Assembly (NCBI GenBank): GCA_965226375.1
Contig: CBDDCX010000006.1
Span: 608,001 to 672,000 of the forward strand
Reading direction: 5' to 3'
DNA from: Longimicrobiales bacterium
GTDB lineage: Bacteria > Gemmatimonadota > Gemmatimonadetes > Longimicrobiales > Gaopeijiaceae
Length of the DNA stretch: 64,000 bases
The notes under the pieces are model-generated. The model worked only from the letters and a program-made list of their open reading frames with translations. It had not been told where the DNA came from and did not search any database. A program made the position numbers and the translations under genes. Positions 48,815 through 59,425 of this stretch are shown here, in pieces. Position 1 is the first letter of the stretch. Each line of letters begins with the position of its first letter.

Positions 48815-49225
48815 ATGAAGAAAACCTCTGGCAAGGTCGGTGGACGGGGGACCCTAGTGTTCGTTCTTGCGCTGATCAGCGCGTGTTCCGCGCCGGCGCG
48901 GGACATCGAACAACTCGTGCTGCAGGACAGCACGTACTTCGTTGAAGAGACGATGGAGCCGTTCAGCGGGAGGGTGTTCAAGTCCTTCGCCGAGGACCCT
49001 GGCACCGTCCAGCTGACCGGTTTTTTGCGGGACGGCTTATGGAACGGGGAGCTGACGGTGTACTTCTCGAGCGGCCGCATACGGTATCAGGGCGAACTGG
49101 TGGACGGAGAGCGCTGTGGCGCGTGGTACGAGGACCGGAACGAGGAGACCCCGGAAGACATCTACGGGCAGCTGCTGGAAGAGATCGAGAGTTTGGCTAT
49201 GTTCCCGCCCTGCCCGGAGTCCTGA
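48815..49225 (+). CDS. lipoprotein with MORN-variant/YwqK-like repeat
   Basis: Lipobox LISAC; PFSG, GFLRDGLWNGELTVYFSSG, GELVDGERCGAW. Confidence 0.7.
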   Translation: MKKTSGKVGGRGTLVFVLALISACSAPARDIEQLVLQDSTYFVEETMEPFSGRVFKSFAEDPGTVQLTGFLRDGLWNGELTVYFSSGRIRYQGELVDGERCGAWYEDRNEETPEDIYGQLLEEIESLAMFPPCPES

Positions 49226-49249
49226 ACGAACCGTTCCGTGGAGAACGCA

Positions 49250-50591
49250 ATGAGCAGAGCTCCCCGACTTCGGACCCACCGTCACCATCGATCATCTGGT
49301 GCACCACACGAGTGGTATCCGTGATTGGCCCGGGACCCTGGCGGTGGCTGGGTGGCGCATGGACGACATCATCTCGTTCGATCAGATCCTGACCATGGCC
49401 AGGAACCAGCAGGACCTGAATTTCCCGCCCGGAGCCGAGTATTCCTACTCGAATACCGGTTACAACATTTTGGCCGCTCTCGTGGCTGAGGTGTCCGACC
49501 AGTCGTTCCGGGAGTGGACGGCCACCAACATCTTCCGTCCTCTCGGCATGACGGATACCCACTTCCATGACGACCACGCCGAGATCGTAGAAGATCGGGC
49601 CCGCGGGTACGCACCCTCCGGGGAGGCATTCCGGAACATCCCCAACGGCCTCACGGCACTGGGTTCGAGCTCCCTCTATACCACCATCGACGACCTGGCC
49701 AATTGGGTCATGAACTTCGAGGACGGACGCGTCGGTGGCCGATCGGTCATCGAGCGGATGCAGCAGCAGGGTGTGCTGAACAGCGGTGAGGAAATCAACT
49801 ATGCGTTCGGCCAGTCCAAGGGGGTGTACCGGGGCTTGGAACTGTGGAGCCACAGTGGCTCGTGGGCTGGCTTTCGAACGGTAGTCATGCGCTTTCCGGA
49901 ACAGCGGTTCGCGGTGGTGATTCTAGCCAATCTGGGTGGCTACAACCCGACGGCTTCGGCTTTCGCCATTGCCGATCTTTACCTAGAGGACTTCCTGGAG
50001 CCCACGCCGGACGGCGAAGCCCTTGAGGCCGATGAGACACCAACGGTCCCTGTGAGCGTCGGATTACTCGCATCGTACACCGGTACCTACAAGCTCGGCC
50101 CGGGTTGGCTCGTGACCATTACCCGCGAGGGACAGGCTCTCATGGCCCAGGCCACCAACGAGTCCCGGTTCCCCATGCGAGCGATTTCCGAGCAGGAGTT
50201 CTTCGTGGAGGCCTATGGGGCGTCCATGAGTTTCGGTCGGAGTGCCGAGGGCACTGTCGATCACCTGACCTACCGAGGCATCCACGCCTTGCGAGTGGAG
50301 ATCGATTCACAGGACTCAGATGATCTGAGCGACTACGTCGGTGAGTTCTACAGCGAGGAGCTGGACACGAGCTATTGGCTCTCCGTACTGGACGGCACTC
50401 TGGTGGCACACCATCGGAGGCACGGTGACATCGAACTACTCCCGGTGATGCGCGACGAGTTCCGGGGCGACCAGTGGTTCGTCCCGTCTGTGGAGTTCGA
50501 TCGCGACGATCTGGGTCGCGTGACCGGCCTGCGGATTTCGCAGGGTCGTTCGCGAAACATGAAATTCCGGAGGCGGGGCGCCGGCCGCTGA
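49250..50591 (+). pseudogene. serine hydrolase (beta-lactamase-related) with N-terminal deletion
   Basis: RBS and ATG at 49250 are fused out of frame to ELPDFGPTVTIDHLVHHTSGI; YSYSNTGY and HSGSW are present but the SxxK motif and signal peptide are missing. Confidence 0.8.
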
Positions 50592-50801
50592 TCCACCCGC
50601 CCTGATCTTGCGGCGACGTAGGGGACACACGCGATAGCAACCTTCCTCCACGAGGTCCGTGAAAGGATCGCGCGGCGAGGGGAAGAATTCCGGCCTCAGA
50701 CACGTCCAACGTATGGGAATTGCGCGTGAAGCTTGGGGTTTGCGGTCGGCCGGCGGCCTGGCGAACAACACTCGAATGTGGCGGATCGAGGCGAGTACCT
50801 A

Positions 50802-52605
50802 ATGGTTGAGATTGAGAGCGGGTGTGGGGTCGGAGTCCGCGTGTTCGTGACGCTCCTTGCGGGGTTCTCGCTGGGGTGCGGCGAGACTCCCGTGGTGCAG
50901 GACGCCGAGGCAATGTTCCGGGGAGGCCCCGAGCACACCGGCGTGTACGCTGAGGAAGGAGTGGTGGACGGTCTCGCCGGTCTGCGCTGGCGCTTCGAAA
51001 CCGGAGGTGCGGTCCGCTCGAGCCCCGCGGTGGTGGGCGACGCGCTCTACGTGGGCAGTGCCGACGGGCGGCTCTACGCTCTCGGTGTCGCCGACGGGAA
51101 CGAGCTGTGGAGCTTCGACGCGGGCAGCGCGGTAATCTCCAGCCCCGCGGTGGCCGCCGACTTGGTCTATTTCGGTGATCGCGGCAACGTCCTCCATGCC
51201 CTGGACCGGATGGATGGGTCCCTCGCGTGGCAGTTCCCGACGGGCCCGGACATGGCGCTGCCCTGGGGGCATCGTGCTATTCGGGAGCGGCGACGGGAGC
51301 CTCTACGCCGTGGACGCCACCTCGGGCGCCCAGCTGTGGCGGTACGCCACCGAGGGTCGCATCCGCTCCAGCCCCGCGGTCTCCGACGGCGTGGTTTATG
51401 TAGGCAGCATGGACGGTAGCCTCCACGCGGTGGATGTCATGTCGGGCGAGGGCCTTTGGCGGTACGACACCGAGGGCCGGTCCCTGAACTCCGCCGAATT
51501 CGGCTTCGACCGCCGGTCCATCCAGTCCTCCCCCTCGGTGGGAGACGGCGCTGTGTTCTTCGGGTCCAGGGACGGATACGTCTATGCCGTCGAGACGGCC
51601 ACGGGGGAGCTGAGGTGGCGGTTCGACCAGGAGGTATCCTGGTGCATCTCCTCCCCAGGCTTCATGGACGGGATGGTCTTCGCGGGATCGTCGGACGGCC
51701 TCTTCGTGCAGGCTCTGGACGCCACAACCGGGGAGGAGTTGTGGAGGACGACCATCGGGACACGCGTATTCGGGTCGCCCTCAGTGGCGGGCGAGACGGT
51801 CGTCACCGGCAATCACGACGGCAACATTCGGGCTATGGATCGGCTGACCGGTGAGGAGCGCTGGAGCTACCGGACCGGCCGGGCCATCCAATCCTCGGCC
51901 GTCGTGTCCGGGGGGGCCGTGTTCGTCGGTAGCGACGATGGCTCGGTCTACGCGCTGGACGGAACCGAGGGACCGTCCCCGCACCGCACGGTCTTCTGGG
52001 ACGAGGATCTGCGCTCCTTCTATCCGGGGCACGAGGCCCTCAGGGATCATCTGTCCAAGGCCGGATACGCAGTCCTGGATGCTACGGATCTGGGTGGCTT
52101 CATGGTGGATCGTATCGAGGATCAGGAGCCCAGTGTGGTAGTGTTCGCGAAGGACCACGTGCCCGTGAATGTCGGAGCGACCGCGGCGGACACGGTGCTC
52201 TTCCGGAGGTACCTGGACGCCGGAGGGAGGATCGTCTGGTTGGGGTATCCCCCCTTCTTCGTGGAGTGCGATGCGGAGACCGGACAGGCCGTGGGCGCGG
52301 ACATGGCGAGGACCACCGCCGTGCTCGGTGTGGACCACTCCAGCGTCACGGTGGACGAGTACTCCACTCGGGCAACGGAGTCGGGCCGTGACTGGGGCCT
52401 CCGGGACTGGTGGATCGATCAAGGCGGTGTGGACCCCTCCCAGGTCAGCGAGGTGCTCGCGACCAGTGAACGTGGAGGGGCTACGGCCTGGTTTCGGAGC
52501 TACTCGGCCTCACCCTCCGGTGGCTTCGTGAAGCTCTGGGGCATGCAGTCGGCGATCCCGGATCCGGCGATCGTGCGTTCCGTGGCGGAGTACCGTCTGC
52601 GCTGA
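50802..52605 (+). pseudogene. PQQ-like beta-propeller (BamB-like) lipoprotein disrupted at about 51270
   Basis: Repeated SSPAV..VYVGSxDG..W blades split over two frames at PWGH/GIVLFGSGDG. Confidence 0.8.
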
Positions 52606-52652
52606 GGCGAAGTGGTCAGAGCGGAAGTAGAGGCGGTTACCTGACCCCCTCC

Positions 52653-53615
52653 TCAGCTACGGCCCCCACCGCGCGGCACCACCCGCCCGATCGGTTCGCT
52701 CGCCCTGGTAGGCCGAGACGCCTCTCTGGTCTTGAGGTCGTACCGATCTCCCGGCCGCAGGAAGTAGAACGGCCCCCCCACGGTGCGCATGGTCTCCGGC
52801 CCGTCGGGCGCGAGCTCCTTCTCGTTGTCATGGATGATGACGTAGCTCGTACCGATGACCTCGAAGTGGTCGCCCTCGACGACGATCGCCGTGTTCTCAT
52901 CGATGGCGATGCCGAGCATGTCCGGGCAGAGCTTCATCACGCCTAGCATGTCGAACTGCCGGTTCCGGGCGAGCACGTGAACGTCGATGATCACCTTCTT
53001 GAGCAGCGCGAACCCGCGGCGCCACTCCTCACGTGGGCGAGTTCGCTCCGAGAACTCGCGTTCCGGTGTCCGGCTGACGTTCATGATTTCGCCCTGTATG
53101 TGGGCACCCGCCGAACCCCCACCGATCACACCACCGCGGTCCAGCAGGGCCAACATCTCCTCATGCACCTTGGTGTCCAGGTAAGCGTCGGTGTGAAGCC
53201 AGTGGCTCCCGCCCATGAACCAGATTCCTCGCGCCTGGCGCAGGGGCTCGACGAACTCGTCCGTGTTGGAGACGTTGCGGTCCCGCGTGTGGAGCACCGT
53301 CAGGTTCCGCGCCCCGGCTTCTCGGAAGCGCCTCAGGCACGGACAGTATTCATCGTACTTGTCGTCGTCCCGCCCGGACGTGGGGACAACCACGATCGGG
53401 GCGTCGGGACCGCCGGCCAGCTCGATGAACCGATCTCGGATGTGGCTCGTGCTCTCGCCACCACCGCTGACCACTAGGGCGCCGCGGGCCGGTCCGATCT
53501 CCTGGGCGGCCGCGTCGGCAGGAAACCCTGCGCCGCCCCAAAGCACCGGGCCGACGAGAATAACGGAGAGGAGGGCCAACCGCCGAATCGGCCGCCTGCT
53601 CTCGCAAACGCTCAT
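52653..53615 (-). CDS. exported cyanophycinase-like peptidase (S51)
   Basis: Signal peptide, LVVSGGG, VVPTS, IWFMGG, GGGSAGA, IDVH, AIDENTA. Confidence 0.85.
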   Translation of the reverse strand: MSVCESRRPIRRLALLSVILVGPVLWGGAGFPADAAAQEIGPARGALVVSGGGESTSHIRDRFIELAGGPDAPIVVVPTSGRDDDKYDEYCPCLRRFREAGARNLTVLHTRDRNVSNTDEFVEPLRQARGIWFMGGSHWLHTDAYLDTKVHEEMLALLDRGGVIGGGSAGAHIQGEIMNVSRTPEREFSERTRPREEWRRGFALLKKVIIDVHVLARNRQFDMLGVMKLCPDMLGIAIDENTAIVVEGDHFEVIGTSYVIIHDNEKELAPDGPETMRTVGGPFYFLRPGDRYDLKTREASRPTRASEPIGRVVPRGGGRS

Positions 53616-53658
53616 TGGAATACTCCCGGTGGATCGGTTGGCGCTCGCCGGCACTGGA

Positions 53659-55260
53659 TCACTCGGTGATCGGTTTCGGCTTCACGGTCGGGTAATCGAT
53701 GCCCAACTGCTCGAGGTACGTGTCGAATCGGGAGGCGTCGTAGTAGTACTCCCGCATGAGAGGCCGCCACCTGGCCATGATCTCTTCGTTGAGGAAGATG
53801 GCCGGCTGGTCTGTTTCCGAGATAAACGGAATGTACTCCTCGTCTGCGGTCTGCACGTCGTTGAAGTACGTCCATGCGTCGGCCACGATCGCCGGGTTCA
53901 GCACCAGGTCCAGCAGGGTCAGAGCCTGAACCTTGGCCCCCGCCAGAGTTCCCTTGTGGGCGATAGGCGTGGCCATCGCGATACCGTTGGCCCAGTTGTG
54001 CCCCGGCCCGCCCGGGATGTTGGCGGGATAGCGGAGCGTGACTGTCGGCATGTTCCAAGACACGTCGCCGATGTCGTCCGAGCCGCCGCCGAGCGACCGG
54101 GAGAGGTCGACCGGACCCCTCAGCTCGGGGATCGAGTCGGGTAGTCCGTCAACGTCCACGCCCAACTCCGTCTGTAGGGCGTTCGCCAATTCGATGTCGG
54201 CTTCGTCCCACTCGGGCAGACCGACGCGTTGGATATTGGCGTACGTGGCTTCTGCCACAGGCTTGCTGAAGTGGCGGCTCCAGGCCGAGCCGACGATCTG
54301 TATCGTGTCGATCTCGGTGCCGGTCATGAGGGCGGCGCCCTCGGCCATCAAGATGGCCGCGTCGTACTGCTCTTTGGTCAGCTCGTAGTCCTTCTCCCGG
54401 AAGTAGAACCAAATCTTCGCCTCCTGAGGCACCACGTTCGGTTGATCTCCACCCTTGACGATGATGTAGTGGGACCGCGCGGCAGGCCGGAGATGTTCGC
54501 GCTTGAACTCCCATGCCTGTGCCATGAGCATGACGGCGTCGAGCGCCGAGCGACCCCGCCAGGGCGATCCGGCCGAGTGTGCCGTCGCACCGGTGAAGCT
54601 GAATTGTGCGGAGATCAGGGCGTTGCCCCCGCTCTGGCCCCAGCTCATGCCGAAGCCTGAGCCCACGTGCGTGAAGAGGTTCACGTCGACCCCGTCGAAC
54701 ACGCCGTCACGCACGAAAAAGGCCTTGGACCCCAACTGTTCCTCTGCGATGCCTGGCCAGATCAGGAGCGTGCCCGAGATGTTTTCCCGCTCCATGATCT
54801 CCTTCACGGCCAACGCCGCGACGATATTCACGGCCTGGCCCGAGTTGTGGCCCTCTCCGTGTCCAGGTGCCATCGATAGGATGGCCTCTCGGTAACCTAC
54901 ACCGGGCTTCTGGTTGGACTGGGGAATCCCGTCCACGTCCGACCCGAGCGCGATTACCGGACTGCCCGAGCCCCACCGGGCCGTCCACGCGCTGGGCATG
55001 CCGGCCACGTCCAGCTTGATCTCGAAGCCGTTCGCTTCCAGCATGCCCGTCAGGTACTTCTGCGTCTCGAACTCCTGCATTCCCAATTCGCCGAACGAGA
55101 ACAGCTGGTCCACGATCTCCTGGACGAGCTTGGCCTGGCCCTCGACCTTCTCGAGGACCTCTTCCTTCAGAGACTCCAGACGTGGGTCGACATCTTGCGC
55201 GGAGAGCTGCGGCGCCAGTGTCAGTCCGAAAGCGATGAAGCACGTGAGTGAACGGCGCAT
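53659..55260 (-). CDS. exported M20 amidohydrolase (AbgB-like)
   Basis: Signal peptide MRRSLTCF, ELGMQEFET, GHGEGHN, AEEQ, GRSALDA, GSDDIGDVSW. Confidence 0.88.
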   Translation of the reverse strand: MRRSLTCFIAFGLTLAPQLSAQDVDPRLESLKEEVLEKVEGQAKLVQEIVDQLFSFGELGMQEFETQKYLTGMLEANGFEIKLDVAGMPSAWTARWGSGSPVIALGSDVDGIPQSNQKPGVGYREAILSMAPGHGEGHNSGQAVNIVAALAVKEIMERENISGTLLIWPGIAEEQLGSKAFFVRDGVFDGVDVNLFTHVGSGFGMSWGQSGGNALISAQFSFTGATAHSAGSPWRGRSALDAVMLMAQAWEFKREHLRPAARSHYIIVKGGDQPNVVPQEAKIWFYFREKDYELTKEQYDAAILMAEGAALMTGTEIDTIQIVGSAWSRHFSKPVAEATYANIQRVGLPEWDEADIELANALQTELGVDVDGLPDSIPELRGPVDLSRSLGGGSDDIGDVSWNMPTVTLRYPANIPGGPGHNWANGIAMATPIAHKGTLAGAKVQALTLLDLVLNPAIVADAWTYFNDVQTADEEYIPFISETDQPAIFLNEEIMARWRPLMREYYYDASRFDTYLEQLGIDYPTVKPKPITE

Positions 55261-55509
55261 GAAGAATCTCCGAGAGGTGGTTTGTCGAACCGAGCCCTGG
55301 GCCGATCGTTCGAACGGAAAGGCGACCGACAGAGCAGAAGTCAGCATGCGACGACCCGGCATCGAGAGCAAGGTGCGGGCGCGCCAGTCTTGCGGCAGTA
55401 GCGCGGAGGGGCCGAACGCTGCGATGTTGTGTCGCCGGTCACCCATCGAGTCGGGCACGAGTGACGATACCACTTGCCTCGAACACGATCCCTGGATGAC
55501 GACTACGTA

Positions 55510-56712
55510 ATGACGCACCCTACGGCGCCGGAGCCCCGGCCGAGCATCAACCCACTCGTCACCGTCCTTCGCGTCATCTACTTCTTCGGCCTGCTGTACC
55601 TGTTCTTCTCCAGCATCGAGCTGATGAGTGCCGCCTTCAAATTGGGCGGTCAGGGGCTTGCCGAGCAGCTCCTTAACACGGCGTCGGACCCGGTGGCCGG
55701 ACTAATCATCGGCTTCCTCGCGACGAGCTTGATCCAGAGCTCGTCGACCGCGACCACGATCGTCGTCGGCCTCGTGGCATCGGGCGCGCTCCCCATCGCA
55801 CTCGCGGTGCCCATCATCATGGGGGCGAACATCGGGACCACGACCACCAACACGATCGTGTCCATGGGCCACGTGACTCGTCCGGCTGAGTTCGAACGGG
55901 CTTTCGCCGCCTCCATCGTGCATGACTACTTCAATGTGCTCGCGGCGGTGACGATCTTGCCGCTGGAGATTCTGTTCCACCCGGTCGAGCGGGTCGCCGT
56001 CTTTCTCCAGGGCTTGTTCGCGGGAGTGGGTGGCATGAGTGTCGCCAGCCCCCTCAAGCTGATCGTGAGTCCCTTCGCCGATGTGGTCACGGGGCTGCTA
56101 CCGCAGACGATCCCGTTGATCATTCTCGCCCTCACGCTCCTGTTCGTGGCGGTCCGCGGAATGATGAAGTTCATGCAGGGCGTCGTGCTCCATCGCCTCG
56201 AAGGACTCTTCGACAGAGTGCTCTTCCGCAACGACTTTGCGAGCTTCGGCCTGGGCGTAGTGACCACGGCCTCCGTTCAGAGCAGTTCGGCGACCACTTC
56301 GTTGGTCGTGCCCCTAGCGGGCACGGGCGTCCTGAGCCTCCGTCAGATCTTTCCGTACACATTAGGAGCCAACGTGGGAACGACCGTCACCGCAATTCTG
56401 GCCTCGTTCGCGACGGGAAGTCCCGCGGCGGTGACCGTCGCCCTGGCTCATCTAGTCTTCAACCTGTTGGCTATCGCAATCTTTTTCCCTCTGAAGGCCC
56501 TACCGATCGGGCTGGCGAGGAGATCGGGTGCCTTTGCGGCCCGGTCAAGGACGAGCACAGTGGGTGTCCTATCGGTGTATGTGGCGCTGCACATAGTCCC
56601 GCTCTTTTATGTCATCTGTCGGGGAAGAGGTAATCAGCCATGTGGAAGAAAATCATCACGCTCTTCCGCTCGCCGGGTCCGCTTCAGGAGGCCTATGACG
56701 AGGCTCTCCTGA
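55510..56712 (+). CDS. Na+/phosphate cotransporter (NptA-like)
   Basis: Two QSSS motifs, GANIGTT and GANVGTT. The 73-bp overlap with phoU suggests a frameshift near 56616 and a true stop at 56631-56633. Confidence 0.9.
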   Translation: MTHPTAPEPRPSINPLVTVLRVIYFFGLLYLFFSSIELMSAAFKLGGQGLAEQLLNTASDPVAGLIIGFLATSLIQSSSTATTIVVGLVASGALPIALAVPIIMGANIGTTTTNTIVSMGHVTRPAEFERAFAASIVHDYFNVLAAVTILPLEILFHPVERVAVFLQGLFAGVGGMSVASPLKLIVSPFADVVTGLLPQTIPLIILALTLLFVAVRGMMKFMQGVVLHRLEGLFDRVLFRNDFASFGLGVVTTASVQSSSATTSLVVPLAGTGVLSLRQIFPYTLGANVGTTVTAILASFATGSPAAVTVALAHLVFNLLAIAIFFPLKALPIGLARRSGAFAARSRTSTVGVLSVYVALHIVPLFYVICRGRGNQPCGRKSSRSSARRVRFRRPMTRLS

Positions 56713-57299
56713 TGCTTCGCACGTCCCACGGCATGTTCGATGACGCCGTCGCCGCATTGCACAGCGAGGGCGTTATGGAGACGGACATCTACAAGCGCGA
56801 TCGGAAGCTCAACAAGTACGAGCGGAGACTCCGCCGAAAGATCATCACCCACATGTCCGTTTCGACCAAGCCTGACATCAATCTGGGGCTCGTTCTTACG
56901 GCCATCGTCATCGATATCGAGCGGATCGGGGACTACACCAAGAACATCGTGGAGCTGGCGACTGCCGTAGAAGGCCCGCTGGACGGGCTCGAGCTTCACG
57001 ATGAGGTCGTGGGGGTCGAAGGAGTGGTGGTGCAGATGTTCGATGATATCGGACCCGCCCTGCAAGGGTCCGACGAGGCCCGGGCTCGATCCATCATCAA
57101 GGCGCACACCGGCTTGGCCGAATCTGTCGACGCGGCCATACATGTCCTGAGCGCCGGTGAAGCGCTTTCGGGACGCTCGGGGCACGCCGTGACCGTCGCT
57201 CTGTATATGCGTTTCTTGAAGCGGGTCAGCGCACACCTCAAAAATGTGGCGACGAGCGTGGTGAACCCATACCACAGGCTCGGCTTCCGGGAGAAATAA
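56640..57299 (+). CDS. PhoU-domain protein
   Basis: DRKLNKYER, DIERIGDYTKNI, LKRVSAHLKNV. Confidence 0.85.
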   Translation: MWKKIITLFRSPGPLQEAYDEALLMLRTSHGMFDDAVAALHSEGVMETDIYKRDRKLNKYERRLRRKIITHMSVSTKPDINLGLVLTAIVIDIERIGDYTKNIVELATAVEGPLDGLELHDEVVGVEGVVVQMFDDIGPALQGSDEARARSIIKAHTGLAESVDAAIHVLSAGEALSGRSGHAVTVALYMRFLKRVSAHLKNVATSVVNPYHRLGFREK

Positions 57300-57374
57300 G
57301 AGATACGCCCGCCATCGAGGGGATGATTCCATGACTCAGGCCGACCTCGAACGGCTCTGAACGGGCGACTGGTC

Positions 57375-58484
57375 TTGACCGCTGAATCCTCCTCCGAGGG
57401 TCGCCGACGGCCCGTCTGGGTCCTCGTCTCCGCGGCGTGGCTTGGCCCCGCCATCCTCGCCGCGTTTCAGGCCTATGTGCAGGGGCTGCTGGGGAACCGG
57501 CCTCCCGCGACTTGGCGCGCTTTGGTCTGGGCGGGAGGCGACTGGCTCCTCTACGCGCTTCTGACCCCTGTTGTGTTCTGGGCAGCGCGTCGATATCCGC
57601 TCACGCGCGGGTCGTTTGCGCGGCATGCGTGGGTGCATCTTCTGGGCGCTGTCCTCCTCTGTGCCTTGTGGGCCGGCGGCGGGCAACTCCTCTGGTGGGG
57701 GTTGTTCGGCGATCCCACGGCACCCCAGGGGATGGGGACCATCGGCTGGTTTCTGACCTCGCTGCCCTTCGGCGTGGCCGTGTACTTCGCGGTCCTGGGG
57801 GTGGAGCACGCAGTTTTCTACTTCCTGGAGGCGCGAGACCGGGAGACCCAGACGGCCCTTCTGTCCGCCCAGTTGGCGGAGGCGCGCCTCGGAGCACTCC
57901 AGATGCAGTTCCAACCGCATTTCCTCTTGAACAGCCTGAACGCCCTTGCCGTGGTGGTCCGTGACCAGGACACCGCCACCGCCACCCGCATGCTCGATCA
58001 TCTAGGCGAAATTCTGCGTCGGGTCATGCGCTCGGACCGCCCGCGCGAGGTCACGCTGGATGAAGAGCTGGACTTCGTGCGTCAGTATCTGGCCATCGAA
58101 GAGATCCGCTTCTCCGATCGGCTACGACCGACGTTCGAGGTGGATCCGGGAGTGCGCTCCGCCGCCGTTCCCGAGTTTCTGCTTCAGCCCCTGGTGGAGA
58201 ACGCGATCCGACACGGGCTGGCGCAGCGAATTGGGGCGACCCTGCTCCGGGTCAAGGCCTGGCGCGAGGGAGAGGATCTCATCCTTTCGGTGACAGACGA
58301 CGGCCCCGGTCCCGACGAGACCGCGACAAGAGCCGGAGACGGTGTCGGACTCTCCAACACGCGCGAGCGCCTCACGACTCTCTACGGAGACCGCGCGGCA
58401 CTCGAGCTTGGGCGCACGGCCGATGGAGGGGCGGCGGCGACCGTTAGGCTGCCCTACCGAGCGCTCGGGAGCCCTCATGCCTGA
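57375..58484 (+). CDS. LytS-family sensor histidine kinase
   Basis: TM region, QFQPHFLLNSLN, LQPLVENAIRHG, DDGPG, GVGLSN. Confidence 0.92.
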   Translation: MTAESSSEGRRRPVWVLVSAAWLGPAILAAFQAYVQGLLGNRPPATWRALVWAGGDWLLYALLTPVVFWAARRYPLTRGSFARHAWVHLLGAVLLCALWAGGGQLLWWGLFGDPTAPQGMGTIGWFLTSLPFGVAVYFAVLGVEHAVFYFLEARDRETQTALLSAQLAEARLGALQMQFQPHFLLNSLNALAVVVRDQDTATATRMLDHLGEILRRVMRSDRPREVTLDEELDFVRQYLAIEEIRFSDRLRPTFEVDPGVRSAAVPEFLLQPLVENAIRHGLAQRIGATLLRVKAWREGEDLILSVTDDGPGPDETATRAGDGVGLSNTRERLTTLYGDRAALELGRTADGGAAATVRLPYRALGSPHA

Positions 58485-59316
58485 GATCCGCACACTGATC
58501 GTGGACGACGAGCCGCTGGCCCGACGGGGGATTCGGCAGTTGCTGTCGCCGTATCCCGACCTGGTCGTGGTAGGCGAGTGCAGAGACGGGCGAGAGGCCG
58601 TGAGGGCGCTGACCACTCTCGAACCCGATCTCGTTTTCCTCGATGTGCAGATGCCGGGGCTCGACGGACTGGGTGTGGTCCGGGTGCACGGGGCCGAGCG
58701 GATGCCCGTGACCGTGTTCGTCACCGCGCATGACGAGTTCGCCGTGCAGGCGTTCGAAGCTCAGGCGCTCGATTATCTGGTGAAGCCTATCTCCGAGAGC
58801 CGCTTTCGCGCTACGGTGTCACGGGTAAGGGAGCGCCTGCGGGTGAACGACGCCCTTACACTCGCCTCACGGCTCTCGGCATTGCTCGAGGGCCCGGTGG
58901 GCGGAGCTGCGGGGACTGACTCGGTAGGGGATGCCGCGTTGGACTCCGGCCCGTCGATCCGTCGAACGTCGGGTGGTCGGCTCGCGGTCCCGACCGAAAC
59001 CGGTGAACTGCTGCTCGATGCCGATGAGATCGACTGGCTGGAGGCACGGGACGATCAGGTCGTCGTCCATTCGGGGGGAAAGCGATACCGCGTTCGTGAG
59101 TCGTTGAGCGCGCTCGAGCGGCGCCTCGATCCCGCGTGGTTCTGTCGGGTCCATCGCTCTGCCATCGTGCGTTTGGACCGTGTGCGTGAGGTGACGACCG
59201 TCGCCTCCGGGAGAGCCGCCTTGCTCGTCATGGAGGATGGTGCGAGCGTGGCTGTGAGCCGTCGCCGTCTCGCTCGGGTCAGGTCGCTGCTGCGGTCCCC
59301 GAGCCGCCCTGCCTAA
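58477..59316 (+). CDS. LytTR-family response regulator
   Basis: IVDDEPLAR, FLDVQMPG, ALDYLVKP, FCRVHRSAIV, VSRRR. Confidence 0.93.
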   Translation: MPEIRTLIVDDEPLARRGIRQLLSPYPDLVVVGECRDGREAVRALTTLEPDLVFLDVQMPGLDGLGVVRVHGAERMPVTVFVTAHDEFAVQAFEAQALDYLVKPISESRFRATVSRVRERLRVNDALTLASRLSALLEGPVGGAAGTDSVGDAALDSGPSIRRTSGGRLAVPTETGELLLDADEIDWLEARDDQVVVHSGGKRYRVRESLSALERRLDPAWFCRVHRSAIVRLDRVREVTTVASGRAALLVMEDGASVAVSRRRLARVRSLLRSPSRPA

Positions 59317-59339
59317 CCCACATCAGTGGCGACCACCCA

Positions 59340-59389
59340 CCGTCGGCTGCGCGATTCGCGCCGCCGGCCGCGCTACATCTGCCGTTCGC
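59340..59389 (+). promoter_or_regulatory. candidate LytTR binding site (3 direct repeats, 21-bp period)
   Basis: CCGTCGGC at 59340, CCGCCGGC at 59361, CCGTTCGC at 59382, then TTGACT at 59400. Confidence 0.55.
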
Positions 59390-59425
59390 CAAACGTGGCT
59401 TGACTGCTGGTTTGATGGTGCGAGA

